From positions 1 through 42,394 of the forward strand of contig JANLXK010000283.1 of assembly GCA_031365045.1 (NCBI GenBank): a stretch of 42,394 nucleotides of DNA, written 5' to 3'. A program made the position numbers and the translations under genes. Positions 1 through 7,634 of this stretch are shown here, piece by piece. Under the pieces are notes generated by a model. That model worked only from the letters and a program-made list of their open reading frames with translations. It did not search any database and had not been told where the DNA came from. How positions within the stretch are numbered: position 1 is the first letter of the stretch; every line of letters starts with the position of its first letter. Source of the DNA: Gemmatimonadota bacterium. GTDB lineage: Bacteria; Gemmatimonadota; Gemmatimonadetes; Gemmatimonadales; GWC2-71-9.

Positions 1-171
1 TGCGACTCGGGCGGGAGATGGGGGCGGGGAGGGGGCTTGCACACGGCCATCGAGGGTGTGCAATTCCCCCTCTCCCGGGCATCCCCGGACCCCTCATTGC
101 GGAGTTGGAGCAGGGACGTAGGATTTCTGGCTATGGTACGCGCCGGGAACACCCTCGAAATCGGATCGCTG

Positions 172-1011
172 ATGCGGAAGTGGATGTGGGGCGGGGCGTT
201 GTCCGGTTGCAGCCTGGTGGGCCTCTTCGGCTGCCACATCGATTCACGGCCTCCGACGGCCCCCGTGGCCACCGCGAGCGTCCTGGAGCCCTCGGCCGAT
301 CACCCCCTCCGCGCTGAGATCCTGCGTGGACGGGCGATCGTCGAAGCGACAGCCGAGAGCCTGCCGGGACACGTCGGCAACGCACTCCGGTGCACCTCCT
401 GTCACCTCGACGGCGGGACGCGCGAAGTGCTGGGGTGGAAAGGGGTCTACGCCCGTTTTCCTCAGTATCGGAGCCGGAGCGCCTCGATCCAGGTGATCGA
501 GGACCGAGTCAACGATTGTTTGGAGCGGAGCCTGGCCGGGAAGGGGCTCTCGCCGGGCAGCGCCCCGCTGAAGGCGATCGTGGCGTACCTTGCCTGGCTC
601 TCACGCGACGTCCCGGTGAGCGGCGGGATCGCGGGCGGGAAGATCACGGCGCCCTTCGAGTCGTTGTACCCCGACACCATGCGAGGCGCAGGGCTTTTCG
701 TCGCCAACTGCGCGCGCTGTCACGGGGTGAATGGCGAGGGAAGCGCGCTGGGGACGCCGCTCTGGGGGGATCGATCGTTCACGATCGGGGCCGGGATGGC
801 CCGGTACCGCACGGCGGCGGCCTTTGTACATGCCAACATGCCCCGTGATATGCCGGGGACGCTCACCTGGCAGGACGCGTTGGACGTCGCGGCTTGGGTG
901 GATAGCAGGCCGAGAGGTGATTTCGCTGGGAAAGAGAAGGACTGGCCTCGGGGAGGGGCGCCGCCCGACACCCCCTATCCGACCACTGGAACGAAGCCGG
1001 GCAGACCCTAA
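172..1011 (+). CDS. di-haem c-type cytochrome, TsdA/COG3258-like (thiosulfate dehydrogenase family), probable lipoprotein
   Basis: ORF 37..1011. Two CxxCH haem motifs (CTSCH 391-405, CARCH 709-723). The block RFPQYRSR...RVNDCLERSLAG is typical of TsdA-type cytochromes. ATG 172 gives the signal/lipobox MRKWMWGGALSGCSLVGLFGC; alternative starts are ATG 133 and 37. Confidence 0.7.
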   Translation: MRKWMWGGALSGCSLVGLFGCHIDSRPPTAPVATASVLEPSADHPLRAEILRGRAIVEATAESLPGHVGNALRCTSCHLDGGTREVLGWKGVYARFPQYRSRSASIQVIEDRVNDCLERSLAGKGLSPGSAPLKAIVAYLAWLSRDVPVSGGIAGGKITAPFESLYPDTMRGAGLFVANCARCHGVNGEGSALGTPLWGDRSFTIGAGMARYRTAAAFVHANMPRDMPGTLTWQDALDVAAWVDSRPRGDFAGKEKDWPRGGAPPDTPYPTTGTKPGRP

Positions 1012-1016
1012 GGAGG
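1011..1016 (+). promoter_or_regulatory. Shine-Dalgarno AGGAGG for the Tat-exported protein gene
   Basis: AGGAGG lies 5 nt upstream of ATG 1022 and overlaps the last base of the upstream TAA. Confidence 0.6.
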
Positions 1017-1021
1017 ACCCG

Positions 1022-1705
1022 ATGTTCGATGAAAAACTGACCCACTCAGATCGTCGCGGTTTCTTGACCAGGACCGCGGCCGGTGCTGCGATGGCCGCAC
1101 TCGCCACCCTCCCCGCCTGGGTCGAGGCGGAAGCCCCGATGCAGGCACCCGAGATCGACGCGAACAAGATGTGGCTCCGTGGTGTGGACTCGAAGTGCCG
1201 CCAATTCTTCGAGACCGCGAAGATGGACACGATGATCCCGTTCCATCACGTGGCGAACTACTTCGCCGCCTGGCGCGCCACGCCGAGGATCAAGCCCGGT
1301 GACGTGATGGCGGTCGTGGGGATCTTCGGATTCGCCGTGCCGGCGCTGTTCGGCGACGCGATGTGGGAGAAGTACTCCTTCGGCAAGGCCACGAACTTGA
1401 CCGATGCCTCCACCGGCCAGCCCTACATCCGCAATCCATACCTGGCCCCGCGCAACGGGGAACTGTTCGGCAGCGACTCGGTAACGCCCGCGGCGCTCCA
1501 GGGCCTCGGCGCACGCATCATCCTCTGCAACAATGCCTTCACCCTGTTCGTGGCGATGTCCTCCGCGGCGACCAACCAGGCCCCTCCCGTCGTCCGCGCC
1601 GAGATGCTTCGGCACCTCGCCCCTGGAGTAACGCTCGTCCCGGCGATGGTGCAGGCGGTCGAGCAGGCGCAGCGGGCGGGACTCACCTATATGAAGAACT
1701 CGTGA
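1022..1705 (+). CDS. Tat-exported protein of unknown function (weak DsrE-like impression only)
   Basis: ATG 1022 lies 5 nt after a strong AGGAGG (1011-1016) that abuts the upstream stop. The N-terminus SDRRGFLTRTAAGAAMAALATLPAWVEA is a twin-arginine signal. Codon usage is coherent to the stop at 1703-1705. Confidence 0.6.
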   Translation: MFDEKLTHSDRRGFLTRTAAGAAMAALATLPAWVEAEAPMQAPEIDANKMWLRGVDSKCRQFFETAKMDTMIPFHHVANYFAAWRATPRIKPGDVMAVVGIFGFAVPALFGDAMWEKYSFGKATNLTDASTGQPYIRNPYLAPRNGELFGSDSVTPAALQGLGARIILCNNAFTLFVAMSSAATNQAPPVVRAEMLRHLAPGVTLVPAMVQAVEQAQRAGLTYMKNS

Positions 1706-1805
1706 GCGGTGAGCGGTAAGCAGTGAGCGGGGGCCCACGGTCGGGCCCCTTTCTCATACCTGCTACAGCCGCCATACTCTCTCCTGCGGCCCGCTCACCG
1801 CTCAC
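1702..1805. repeat. tandem-repeat-armed palindrome A: GTGAGCG x4 (1702-1729) / CGCTCAC x2 (1792-1805)
   Basis: Read directly from the sequence. The stop of the upstream gene (1703-1705) lies in the first unit. The spacer contains a small hairpin. Confidence 0.8.
1731..1748 (+). terminator. small GC hairpin (GGGCCC-acggtc-GGGCCC) followed by CCTTTCTC, inside element A
   Basis: 6-bp stem, 6-nt loop and a T-rich trail, 26 nt after the stop at 1705. Confidence 0.45.
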
Positions 1806-1818
1806 CTTTGGGCCTTCC

Positions 1819-2928
1819 GTGACCGAACCCCTGGACCGGATCCGCAGCTTGGACGCCTTTCGCGGCCTCACGATCGCGGGGATGATCCTGGTCAACAACC
1901 CGGGGTCGTGGGGGGCCATCTATTCACCGCTGGAGCACGCCGCCTGGAACGGATGGACCCCCACCGACCTGATCTTCCCCTTCTTCGTCTTCATCATGGG
2001 GATCTCGGCGGCTCTGGTGATCCCGCGTCGGCTCGAAGCGGGGATGTCAAAGGGGAAGGTCGCCCGGCAGGTGGTGGTGCGGGCGACCCTCCTTTTCCTG
2101 ATCGGTCTCGCGCTCAACGGCTTCCCGCACTACGACCTCGCCACCATCCGGGTGATGGGGGTCCTTCAGCGGCTGGCGCTCTGCTATCTCGCCACCGGCG
2201 TCCTCGTGACTTTCACCACGCCGAGGGCCTGGCGGCACTGGGTCGCGGCATTGCTCCTCGGGTACTGGCTGGCGCTCCTCCTCATTCCCGTGCCGGGATA
2301 CGGCGCCGGCGTGCTCGCGCCCGACGGCAACCTGCCCCAGTATGTCGACGCCCTCGTCTTCGGTGCTCATCGTTGGCTGCCAGCGTGGGACCCGGAAGGG
2401 ATCCTCAGTACCTTCCCCGCCGTCGCGAGCTGTCTCCTCGGCGCGCTCACCTGGCGCTGGTTGCGGGAGGAGCGGAGCGTGGCGGAGCTGGCGCTGGGAT
2501 TGATGCTGGGCGGGGACGCGCTGCTGCTGCTGGGCTGGGCCTGGAGCTGGGTCTTCCCGATCAACAAGAATCTCTGGAGCAGCTCCTACGTGCTCTGGAC
2601 CGCCGGGATGGCGATGCTGGTGCTGGCCGCGCTGATGTGGGCGATGGATGGACTGGGAAAGGTGCGGTGGGCGCGGCCGCTGGAGCACTATGGCACCAAT
2701 GCGCTGGCGGTCTTCGTGCTGTCGGGACTCATCGGACGGCTGATCACGCTGATCAAGATCGGGGAGGGCGCGCAGGCGACCACCCTCAAGGGGTGGATCT
2801 TCAACAACTTCTTCCTGTCGTGGGCGAGCGAAGTGAACGCGTCGCTGGCCTTCGCGGTCGCGGTAGTGCTGCTCTTCTGGGGAGTGGCGTGGGGGATGTG
2901 GCGGAAGGGGTGGTTGGTACGGCTGTGA
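1819..2928 (+). CDS. membrane acyltransferase, heparan-alpha-glucosaminide N-acetyltransferase-like (DUF5009/DUF1624 family)
   Basis: RIRSLDAFRGLTIAGMILVNNPGSWG...WNGWTPTDLIFPFFVFIMG is the characteristic N-terminus of this family, followed by many TM helices. I start at GTG 1819, after the repeat hairpin. The track start at 1723 lies inside the repeat element. Confidence 0.75.
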   Translation: MTEPLDRIRSLDAFRGLTIAGMILVNNPGSWGAIYSPLEHAAWNGWTPTDLIFPFFVFIMGISAALVIPRRLEAGMSKGKVARQVVVRATLLFLIGLALNGFPHYDLATIRVMGVLQRLALCYLATGVLVTFTTPRAWRHWVAALLLGYWLALLLIPVPGYGAGVLAPDGNLPQYVDALVFGAHRWLPAWDPEGILSTFPAVASCLLGALTWRWLREERSVAELALGLMLGGDALLLLGWAWSWVFPINKNLWSSSYVLWTAGMAMLVLAALMWAMDGLGKVRWARPLEHYGTNALAVFVLSGLIGRLITLIKIGEGAQATTLKGWIFNNFFLSWASEVNASLAFAVAVVLLFWGVAWGMWRKGWLVRL

Positions 2929-3020
2929 GGAGTGAGGAGTGAGGAGTAAGGAGTAAGGACTGGGAAGTGAGAGGGGGTGCAGGTATCTCCACTTCTTACT
3001 CCTCACTTCTAACTTCTCAC
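2925..3020. repeat. tandem-repeat-armed palindrome B: GTGAGGA/GTAAGGA-type heptamers x7 (2925-2973) / TCCTCAC-type x5 (2986-3020)
   Basis: The arms are reverse complements apart from a few mismatches or wobbles. The element spans exactly from the stop of the + gene (2926-2928) to the stop of udk (3017-3019). It is a likely bidirectional terminator. Confidence 0.85.
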
Positions 3021-3649
3021 TGTCGCCGCCGGCGGAGCTCGTCCCGCACGCGCGCCTGGATCATCTCGACCCCGATCACGTTGTGCCCCCCTTCGGGGAT
3101 GATCACGTCGGCGAAGCGCTTGCTCGGCTCGACGAACTCCAGGTGCATTGGCCGGACGGTGGTGAGGTACTGGGTGATGATCGACTCGACCGAGCGCCCC
3201 CGCTCGGCGATGTCGCGTTGCATCCGGCGGATGAAGCGGACGTCGTCGGCCACGTCGACGAAGATCTTGATGTCGAAGAGGCGGCGGAGCCGCGGGTCGA
3301 CGAAGAGCAGGATCCCGTCGACCAGGATCACGTCCCGCGGCTCGACCCGGACGGTCGCCTCGGCGCGGGTATGGCGGGCGAAATCGTAGGTCGGCTTGTC
3401 GATCGCGACCCCGCTCGCCAGCGACTGCAGATGGGCGATGAGCAGGTCGTTGTCGAGGGCATTGGGGTGGTCGAAGTTGACCTTGGCCCGGTCCTCGAGC
3501 GGCAGGGCGTGGAGATCCTTGTAGTAGGCGTCCTGATCCATGAAAGCAGCGTCGACGCCGCCGAGGGCGCCGAGGATGGCGCGGGCAACGGTGGTCTTGC
3601 CCGAGCCGGAACCGCCGACCAGTCCGATGATCAATGGTTTCGATACCAT
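3017..3649 (-). CDS. udk: uridine kinase
   Basis: P-loop GLVGGSGSGKTT at the N-terminus. Full-length similarity pattern to Udk (NFDHPNALD, VILVDGIL, RRMQRDIAERGR). Confidence 0.9.
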   Translation of the reverse strand: MVSKPLIIGLVGGSGSGKTTVARAILGALGGVDAAFMDQDAYYKDLHALPLEDRAKVNFDHPNALDNDLLIAHLQSLASGVAIDKPTYDFARHTRAEATVRVEPRDVILVDGILLFVDPRLRRLFDIKIFVDVADDVRFIRRMQRDIAERGRSVESIITQYLTTVRPMHLEFVEPSKRFADVIIPEGGHNVIGVEMIQARVRDELRRRRQ

Positions 3650-3665
3650 GACGACAATCTAGAGG

Positions 3666-3803
3666 GGTAGGAAGGTAGGAAGGTAGGAAGGTAGGAAGGT
3701 AGGAAGGTAGGAAGGTAGGAGGGTAGGAGGGTAGGATGGTATGAGGGCACGCTCTCGGGCCGGGGGCACCCCTCCTACCTTCTTACCCTCCTACCATCCT
3801 ACC
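3666..3803. repeat. tandem-repeat-armed palindrome C: GGTAGGAA octamers x10 (six perfect, 3666-3745) / CTCCTACC-type x4 (3772-3803)
   Basis: Counted directly. It fills nearly all of the divergent intergenic region between udk (start 3649) and the Rieske oxygenase gene (start 3812). Confidence 0.9.
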
Positions 3804-3811
3804 TTTAGTCG

Positions 3812-4936
3812 ATGCAGCGCCCCGCCACTCTCCCCGCGTTCAGCCCCGCCGACCTTGAGGTCGTCCCGGTCACCCGATCGGACACGATCCCGTCGAGCTG
3901 GTATACCGACCCCGCCTTCCATCAGGTGGATCGGGATGCGGTCTTCGCCCAGAGCTGGCAGAACGTCGGCGCCGCCGACCAGGTGCGAGAGCCGGGCCAG
4001 TTCATTGTAGGCACCGTGGCCGACAACCCGGTGATCGTGGTGCGCGGGCAGGGGGGGGAGCTCCGCGCCTTCTATAACGTGTGCAAGCACCGGGGCGGCC
4101 CCCTGGCGCTCTGCGACGGCCAGGCCAAGTCGCTCCGCTGTCAGTATCACGGGTGGACCTATCTTCTCGACGGTTCCCTCCGTGGCGTCCCCAAGATGGA
4201 CCGGAGCGAGCTTTTCGATACGAAGGACTTCGGCCTCGTCCCGATCAAGGTCGACCTCTGGGAGGGCCAGGTCTTCGTGCACCTCGGCGCCGACCCGCGG
4301 CCGGTGGCGGAGACCTTCCAGGGGATCGTCGAGCGGATCGCGCCGACCAAGGTGGGTGGGCTCACGTTCGCCCGGCGGGTGGACTACGAGGTCGGGTGCA
4401 ACTGGAAGGTGTACGTCGACAATTTCCTCGAAGGGTATCACGTCCCCTTCGTGCACCCGGAGCTCGTGTCGCTCTTCGAGTATTCGCAGTACCGGACCGA
4501 GGTCTTCGACCGGTACAACCTGCAGTGGACCCCGCTCGACGCGAGCACGCCGTCACCGTACAGCGGGAACGGGGCCGAGGATGGGGGTGGCCAGGCCTTC
4601 TATTACTGGGTGTGGCCCAACTTCATGCTCAACATCCTTCCGGGTCGGCTCCAGACCAATGTCGTCGAGCCGCTCGGGCCGGACCGGTGCCGCATCGTGT
4701 TCCGGTACTTCTACAAGGACATCGAGAGCGCCGAAGGGAAGGCGCGGCTCGAGGCCGATCACGCGTACAGTGAGAAGGTGCAGGTCGAGGACCGGGAGAT
4801 CTGCGAACGGGTGCAGGCGGGGCTGGGGAGCAGGGCGTACGACAAGGGGAGGTTCAGCCCGGAGATGGAAGCGGGCGTCTGGCATTTCCAGTCGCTGCTC
4901 AAGGGGGCTTATGCCGAATTAGTCGGTGGTCGGTAG
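3812..4936 (+). CDS. Rieske [2Fe-2S] non-haem iron oxygenase, alpha-subunit type
   Basis: Rieske motif CKHRGGPL...CQYHGWTY. C-terminal catalytic domain with NWKVYVDNFLEGYHVPFVHP (His ligands). Confidence 0.85.
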   Translation: MQRPATLPAFSPADLEVVPVTRSDTIPSSWYTDPAFHQVDRDAVFAQSWQNVGAADQVREPGQFIVGTVADNPVIVVRGQGGELRAFYNVCKHRGGPLALCDGQAKSLRCQYHGWTYLLDGSLRGVPKMDRSELFDTKDFGLVPIKVDLWEGQVFVHLGADPRPVAETFQGIVERIAPTKVGGLTFARRVDYEVGCNWKVYVDNFLEGYHVPFVHPELVSLFEYSQYRTEVFDRYNLQWTPLDASTPSPYSGNGAEDGGGQAFYYWVWPNFMLNILPGRLQTNVVEPLGPDRCRIVFRYFYKDIESAEGKARLEADHAYSEKVQVEDREICERVQAGLGSRAYDKGRFSPEMEAGVWHFQSLLKGAYAELVGGR

Positions 4937-5010
4937 TCGATCGCTAATGTTGGGTAAGTTGGAGTGCGTCTCTCGTCTCTCGTCTCTCGTCTCTCGTGCT
5001 CTCGTGCTCT
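4922..5010. repeat. single-arm tandem repeats D: GTCGGTN x3 (4922-4942), then CGTCTCT x4 plus CGTGCTCT x2 (4967-5010)
   Basis: Counted directly. No reverse-complement arm is nearby. The oxygenase stop TAG (4934-4936) lies inside the first repeat. Confidence 0.8.
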
Positions 5011-5012
5011 CA

Positions 5013-5459
5013 ATGAATCGCAGCCGTGTCCTCGTCTCACTCGTCTTTCTCGCCGCCTGTGGTCATTCGCTCTGGCCGTCGACCACCGTGGTGACCCCGG
5101 TGGCGGTGTCGGAGACCTACCGCTGCGTCGACTCGATCTCCGGCACGCTCGGGTACAAGCCGTTCCAGGCGAAGCCGGCCGAGGGGTTCCTGCGGACCCG
5201 GAAGGCGGTGGTCGAGAGTTCGCCCGACGTCTTCGACCAGCAGCCGTATGACCAGCTGCGGGCGGAGATCGTCTCCGGTACCGCAGGGACCAGCCTGACC
5301 ATCACCGCTGAGTCCTATACCGAGCAGGTGTCGCGGCGGGGACGGGAAGAGGTGGAGAAGGAGGCACGCGCCGGTGTGATCGCCGATGCGAAAGTGGTGC
5401 TCGATGCCTGTGGGACCTCGACGCAGGTGCGCCCGGACCGGGTGCCGAACGTCAACTAG
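5013..5459 (+). CDS. hypothetical lipoprotein
   Basis: MNRSRVLVSLVFLAACG lipobox at ATG 5013. The longer track ORF (4926) would read through a tandem repeat. Confidence 0.55.
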   Translation: MNRSRVLVSLVFLAACGHSLWPSTTVVTPVAVSETYRCVDSISGTLGYKPFQAKPAEGFLRTRKAVVESSPDVFDQQPYDQLRAEIVSGTAGTSLTITAESYTEQVSRRGREEVEKEARAGVIADAKVVLDACGTSTQVRPDRVPNVN

Positions 5460-5513
5460 CCGGCGCGCCTGCGAGGGATAGATTCTCCGGACACCCCATC
5501 CCGAGGTCTTCCG

Positions 5514-6071
5514 ATGATGGTCTCCCTCGCCCAGCTCTGGCTCCCGGTCCTCGTGGCCGCCGTCGTGTGCCATCTGGTCGGTTTCCTGGTCTGGGTCGTA
5601 TTGCCGCACCACCGTTCCGATTACTCTCCCCTCCCCGATGAGGCCGCCGCGCGGAACCTCTTCAAGGGAAAGCTCTCACCGGGGCAGTACCTGATGCCCT
5701 GGTCCACCCACAAGGAGTGGGGCTCGCCGGAGCTGATCGCCAAGCGGAACGAAGGACCCAACGCCTTTCTGGTGGTCCTCCCCAACGGGATGGGGAGCAT
5801 GGCCCAGCAGCAGGTCAAGAACGTCCTTTTCCACGCCCTCGTCTCCACCTTCATCGCCTACCTCGGCAGCGTGACCCTCCGCTCCGGCGAGGAATACCTC
5901 AAGGTGTTCCAGGTCTGCGGCACCGCGGCCATCCTCGCGTACGGCTTCACCTGGGGCCATCAGGCGATCTGGTTCGGCCGCCCCTGGAAGGTGGCGATGA
6001 AGGACATGGCCGATGGTGTCGTGATGGGGCTCATCACCGCCGGGATCTTCGGCTGGCTCTGGCCCCGGTGA
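5514..6071 (+). CDS. hypothetical integral membrane protein
   Basis: 185-aa ORF with an N-terminal TM helix and 2-3 further hydrophobic helices. Coding-like codon bias. No family recognised. Confidence 0.55.
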   Translation: MMVSLAQLWLPVLVAAVVCHLVGFLVWVVLPHHRSDYSPLPDEAAARNLFKGKLSPGQYLMPWSTHKEWGSPELIAKRNEGPNAFLVVLPNGMGSMAQQQVKNVLFHALVSTFIAYLGSVTLRSGEEYLKVFQVCGTAAILAYGFTWGHQAIWFGRPWKVAMKDMADGVVMGLITAGIFGWLWPR

Positions 6072-6192
6072 CCGGACCAGGCCCTCTACCGCAGAGGGAG
6101 TAGTCCGCAGGGTGGATTGTCAAAGGCCCGGATCCTTGAGACACTTGGGGTTCGGGCTTTCCATCTCTGGTCGCTTTCCGGTCGAGGTCGTC

Positions 6193-7617
6193 GTGCATCG
6201 CAAGTACCTTCTCGCGCTCTCCCTGGCCGGGCTCGCCGCCTGCGCCGTCAATCCCGTCACCGGCAGGAACGAACTGTCCCTGGTCTCCGAGTCCCAGGAG
6301 ATCCAGATGGGACAGGACGGGAAGGCCCAAGTCCAGCGCTCTATCGGCATCTATGCCGATCCGACGCTGAACGCGTATCTCGCGAGCCTCGGGACCCGCA
6401 TCGCCGCCACTACGGAGCGTCCCAATCTCCCGTGGAGCTTCCAGATCGCCGACCAGCCGGTGGTCAACGCCTTCGCCTTGCCGGGAGGCCCGGTCTTCCT
6501 CGCTCGCGGGATCCTGGGCTACTTCAACAGCGAGGCGGAGCTGATCTCGGTGCTCGGCCACGAGATGGGACACATCACTGCCCGTCACTCGGCCCAGCAG
6601 ATGACCCGCTCCCAGCTCGCCGGCCTCGGGCTCGGCATCGCCTCGGCGGTCAACTCCCGCGTGGCGAGTCTCGCCGGGGTCGCGGAGCAGGGGCTGGGGC
6701 TCCTCTTCCTCAAGTACAGTCGCACCGACGAGTCGCAGGCCGACGCCCTCGGTTTCCGGTACGGACTCAAGAATGGGTGGGACATGCGCGAAGGGACCAA
6801 GATGTTCAACACCCTCTCGCGCGTGAGCGGCGACCCGAGCTCGCGCCTGCCGGAGTGGCAGTCGAGCCACCCGGAGCCGGAAGGACGGGCGGCGCACAAT
6901 GACGAACGGGTGCTCGCCGCCGAAGCGACCGGGGTGAACTTCGACGCACTGACGGTGGATCGTAATGGTTACCTCCGCCGGATCGACGGGCTCGTCTTCG
7001 GAGCGGATCCGCGCGAAGGGTACTTCGAGGGCACGGTGTTCTATCATCCGGTCCTTCGCCTCAAGTTCGCCTTCCCCGCCGGATGGAAGACCCAGAACAG
7101 CGCCGAATCGGTGGCCGGGATGAGCTCCGCGAAGGACGTGATCGTGGTCTTCTCGGGCGCGGGACAGGAGTCTCCCCAGGCGACCGGACAGAAGTTCGCC
7201 GCGCAGACCGGGCTCACCCCGGGACAGGGACAGGGGCTCACCATCAATGGCCTGACCGCCTACACCCTCCCGTTCCAGGCGCAGACCGATCAGGGAACGG
7301 TCGCGGGGCGGGCCACTTGGATCTCGCTCGATGGGACGAGCTATCAGGTGCTCGGCTACGGCGCCGTGGCGAACGCGAGCGCCAATGACCAGATCATCCT
7401 CGGCGTGGCACGGACATTCACGCGGCTCACCGATCAGTCCAAGATCGATGTGCTGCCAAAGCGGGTGCACATCATCACGCTCCGCACCGCACAGACCATC
7501 GTCGAAGTGGGGCGCGCCAACGGCAATACACTGCCCGAGGCAGAACTTGCGAACGTGAACGGGGTGCGCCGCGACCAGGTACTGCCGGCCGGGACGCTGG
7601 TGAAGATCGTGAAGTAA
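6193..7617 (+). CDS. M48 family zinc metalloprotease (lipoprotein)
   Basis: HEMGHITARH (HExxH) followed by the ESQAD motif. GTG 6193 gives VHRKYLLALSLAGLAACA (lipobox); the alternative start is ATG 6112. Confidence 0.85.
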   Translation: MHRKYLLALSLAGLAACAVNPVTGRNELSLVSESQEIQMGQDGKAQVQRSIGIYADPTLNAYLASLGTRIAATTERPNLPWSFQIADQPVVNAFALPGGPVFLARGILGYFNSEAELISVLGHEMGHITARHSAQQMTRSQLAGLGLGIASAVNSRVASLAGVAEQGLGLLFLKYSRTDESQADALGFRYGLKNGWDMREGTKMFNTLSRVSGDPSSRLPEWQSSHPEPEGRAAHNDERVLAAEATGVNFDALTVDRNGYLRRIDGLVFGADPREGYFEGTVFYHPVLRLKFAFPAGWKTQNSAESVAGMSSAKDVIVVFSGAGQESPQATGQKFAAQTGLTPGQGQGLTINGLTAYTLPFQAQTDQGTVAGRATWISLDGTSYQVLGYGAVANASANDQIILGVARTFTRLTDQSKIDVLPKRVHIITLRTAQTIVEVGRANGNTLPEAELANVNGVRRDQVLPAGTLVKIVK

Positions 7618-7634
7618 CCCCTTACCTTGGGGAC

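Noticed and set aside
1723-1818. GTG 1723 as the start of the acyltransferase gene
   Set aside because: This start lies inside a repeat unit of element A and would translate through the hairpin. The conserved family N-terminus begins just after GTG 1819.
3666-3745. Possible CRISPR array (regular short repeats)
   Set aside because: The units are 7-10 nt and directly abutting, with no spacers. No cas genes are present. These are tandem repeats, not CRISPR.
3741-4456. ORFs 3741-4010 (+) and 3791-4456 (-) beginning in or near the repeat region
   Set aside because: They overlap the Rieske oxygenase gene out of frame or antisense, and their products are Pro/Arg/Ser-rich and low in complexity.
7406-7420. 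TGGCAC-N5-TTCA inside the M48 protease gene, about 215 nt upstream of the MFS gene
   Set aside because: It lies within coding sequence, and the -12 element is TTCA rather than TTGC. It is likely a chance match.
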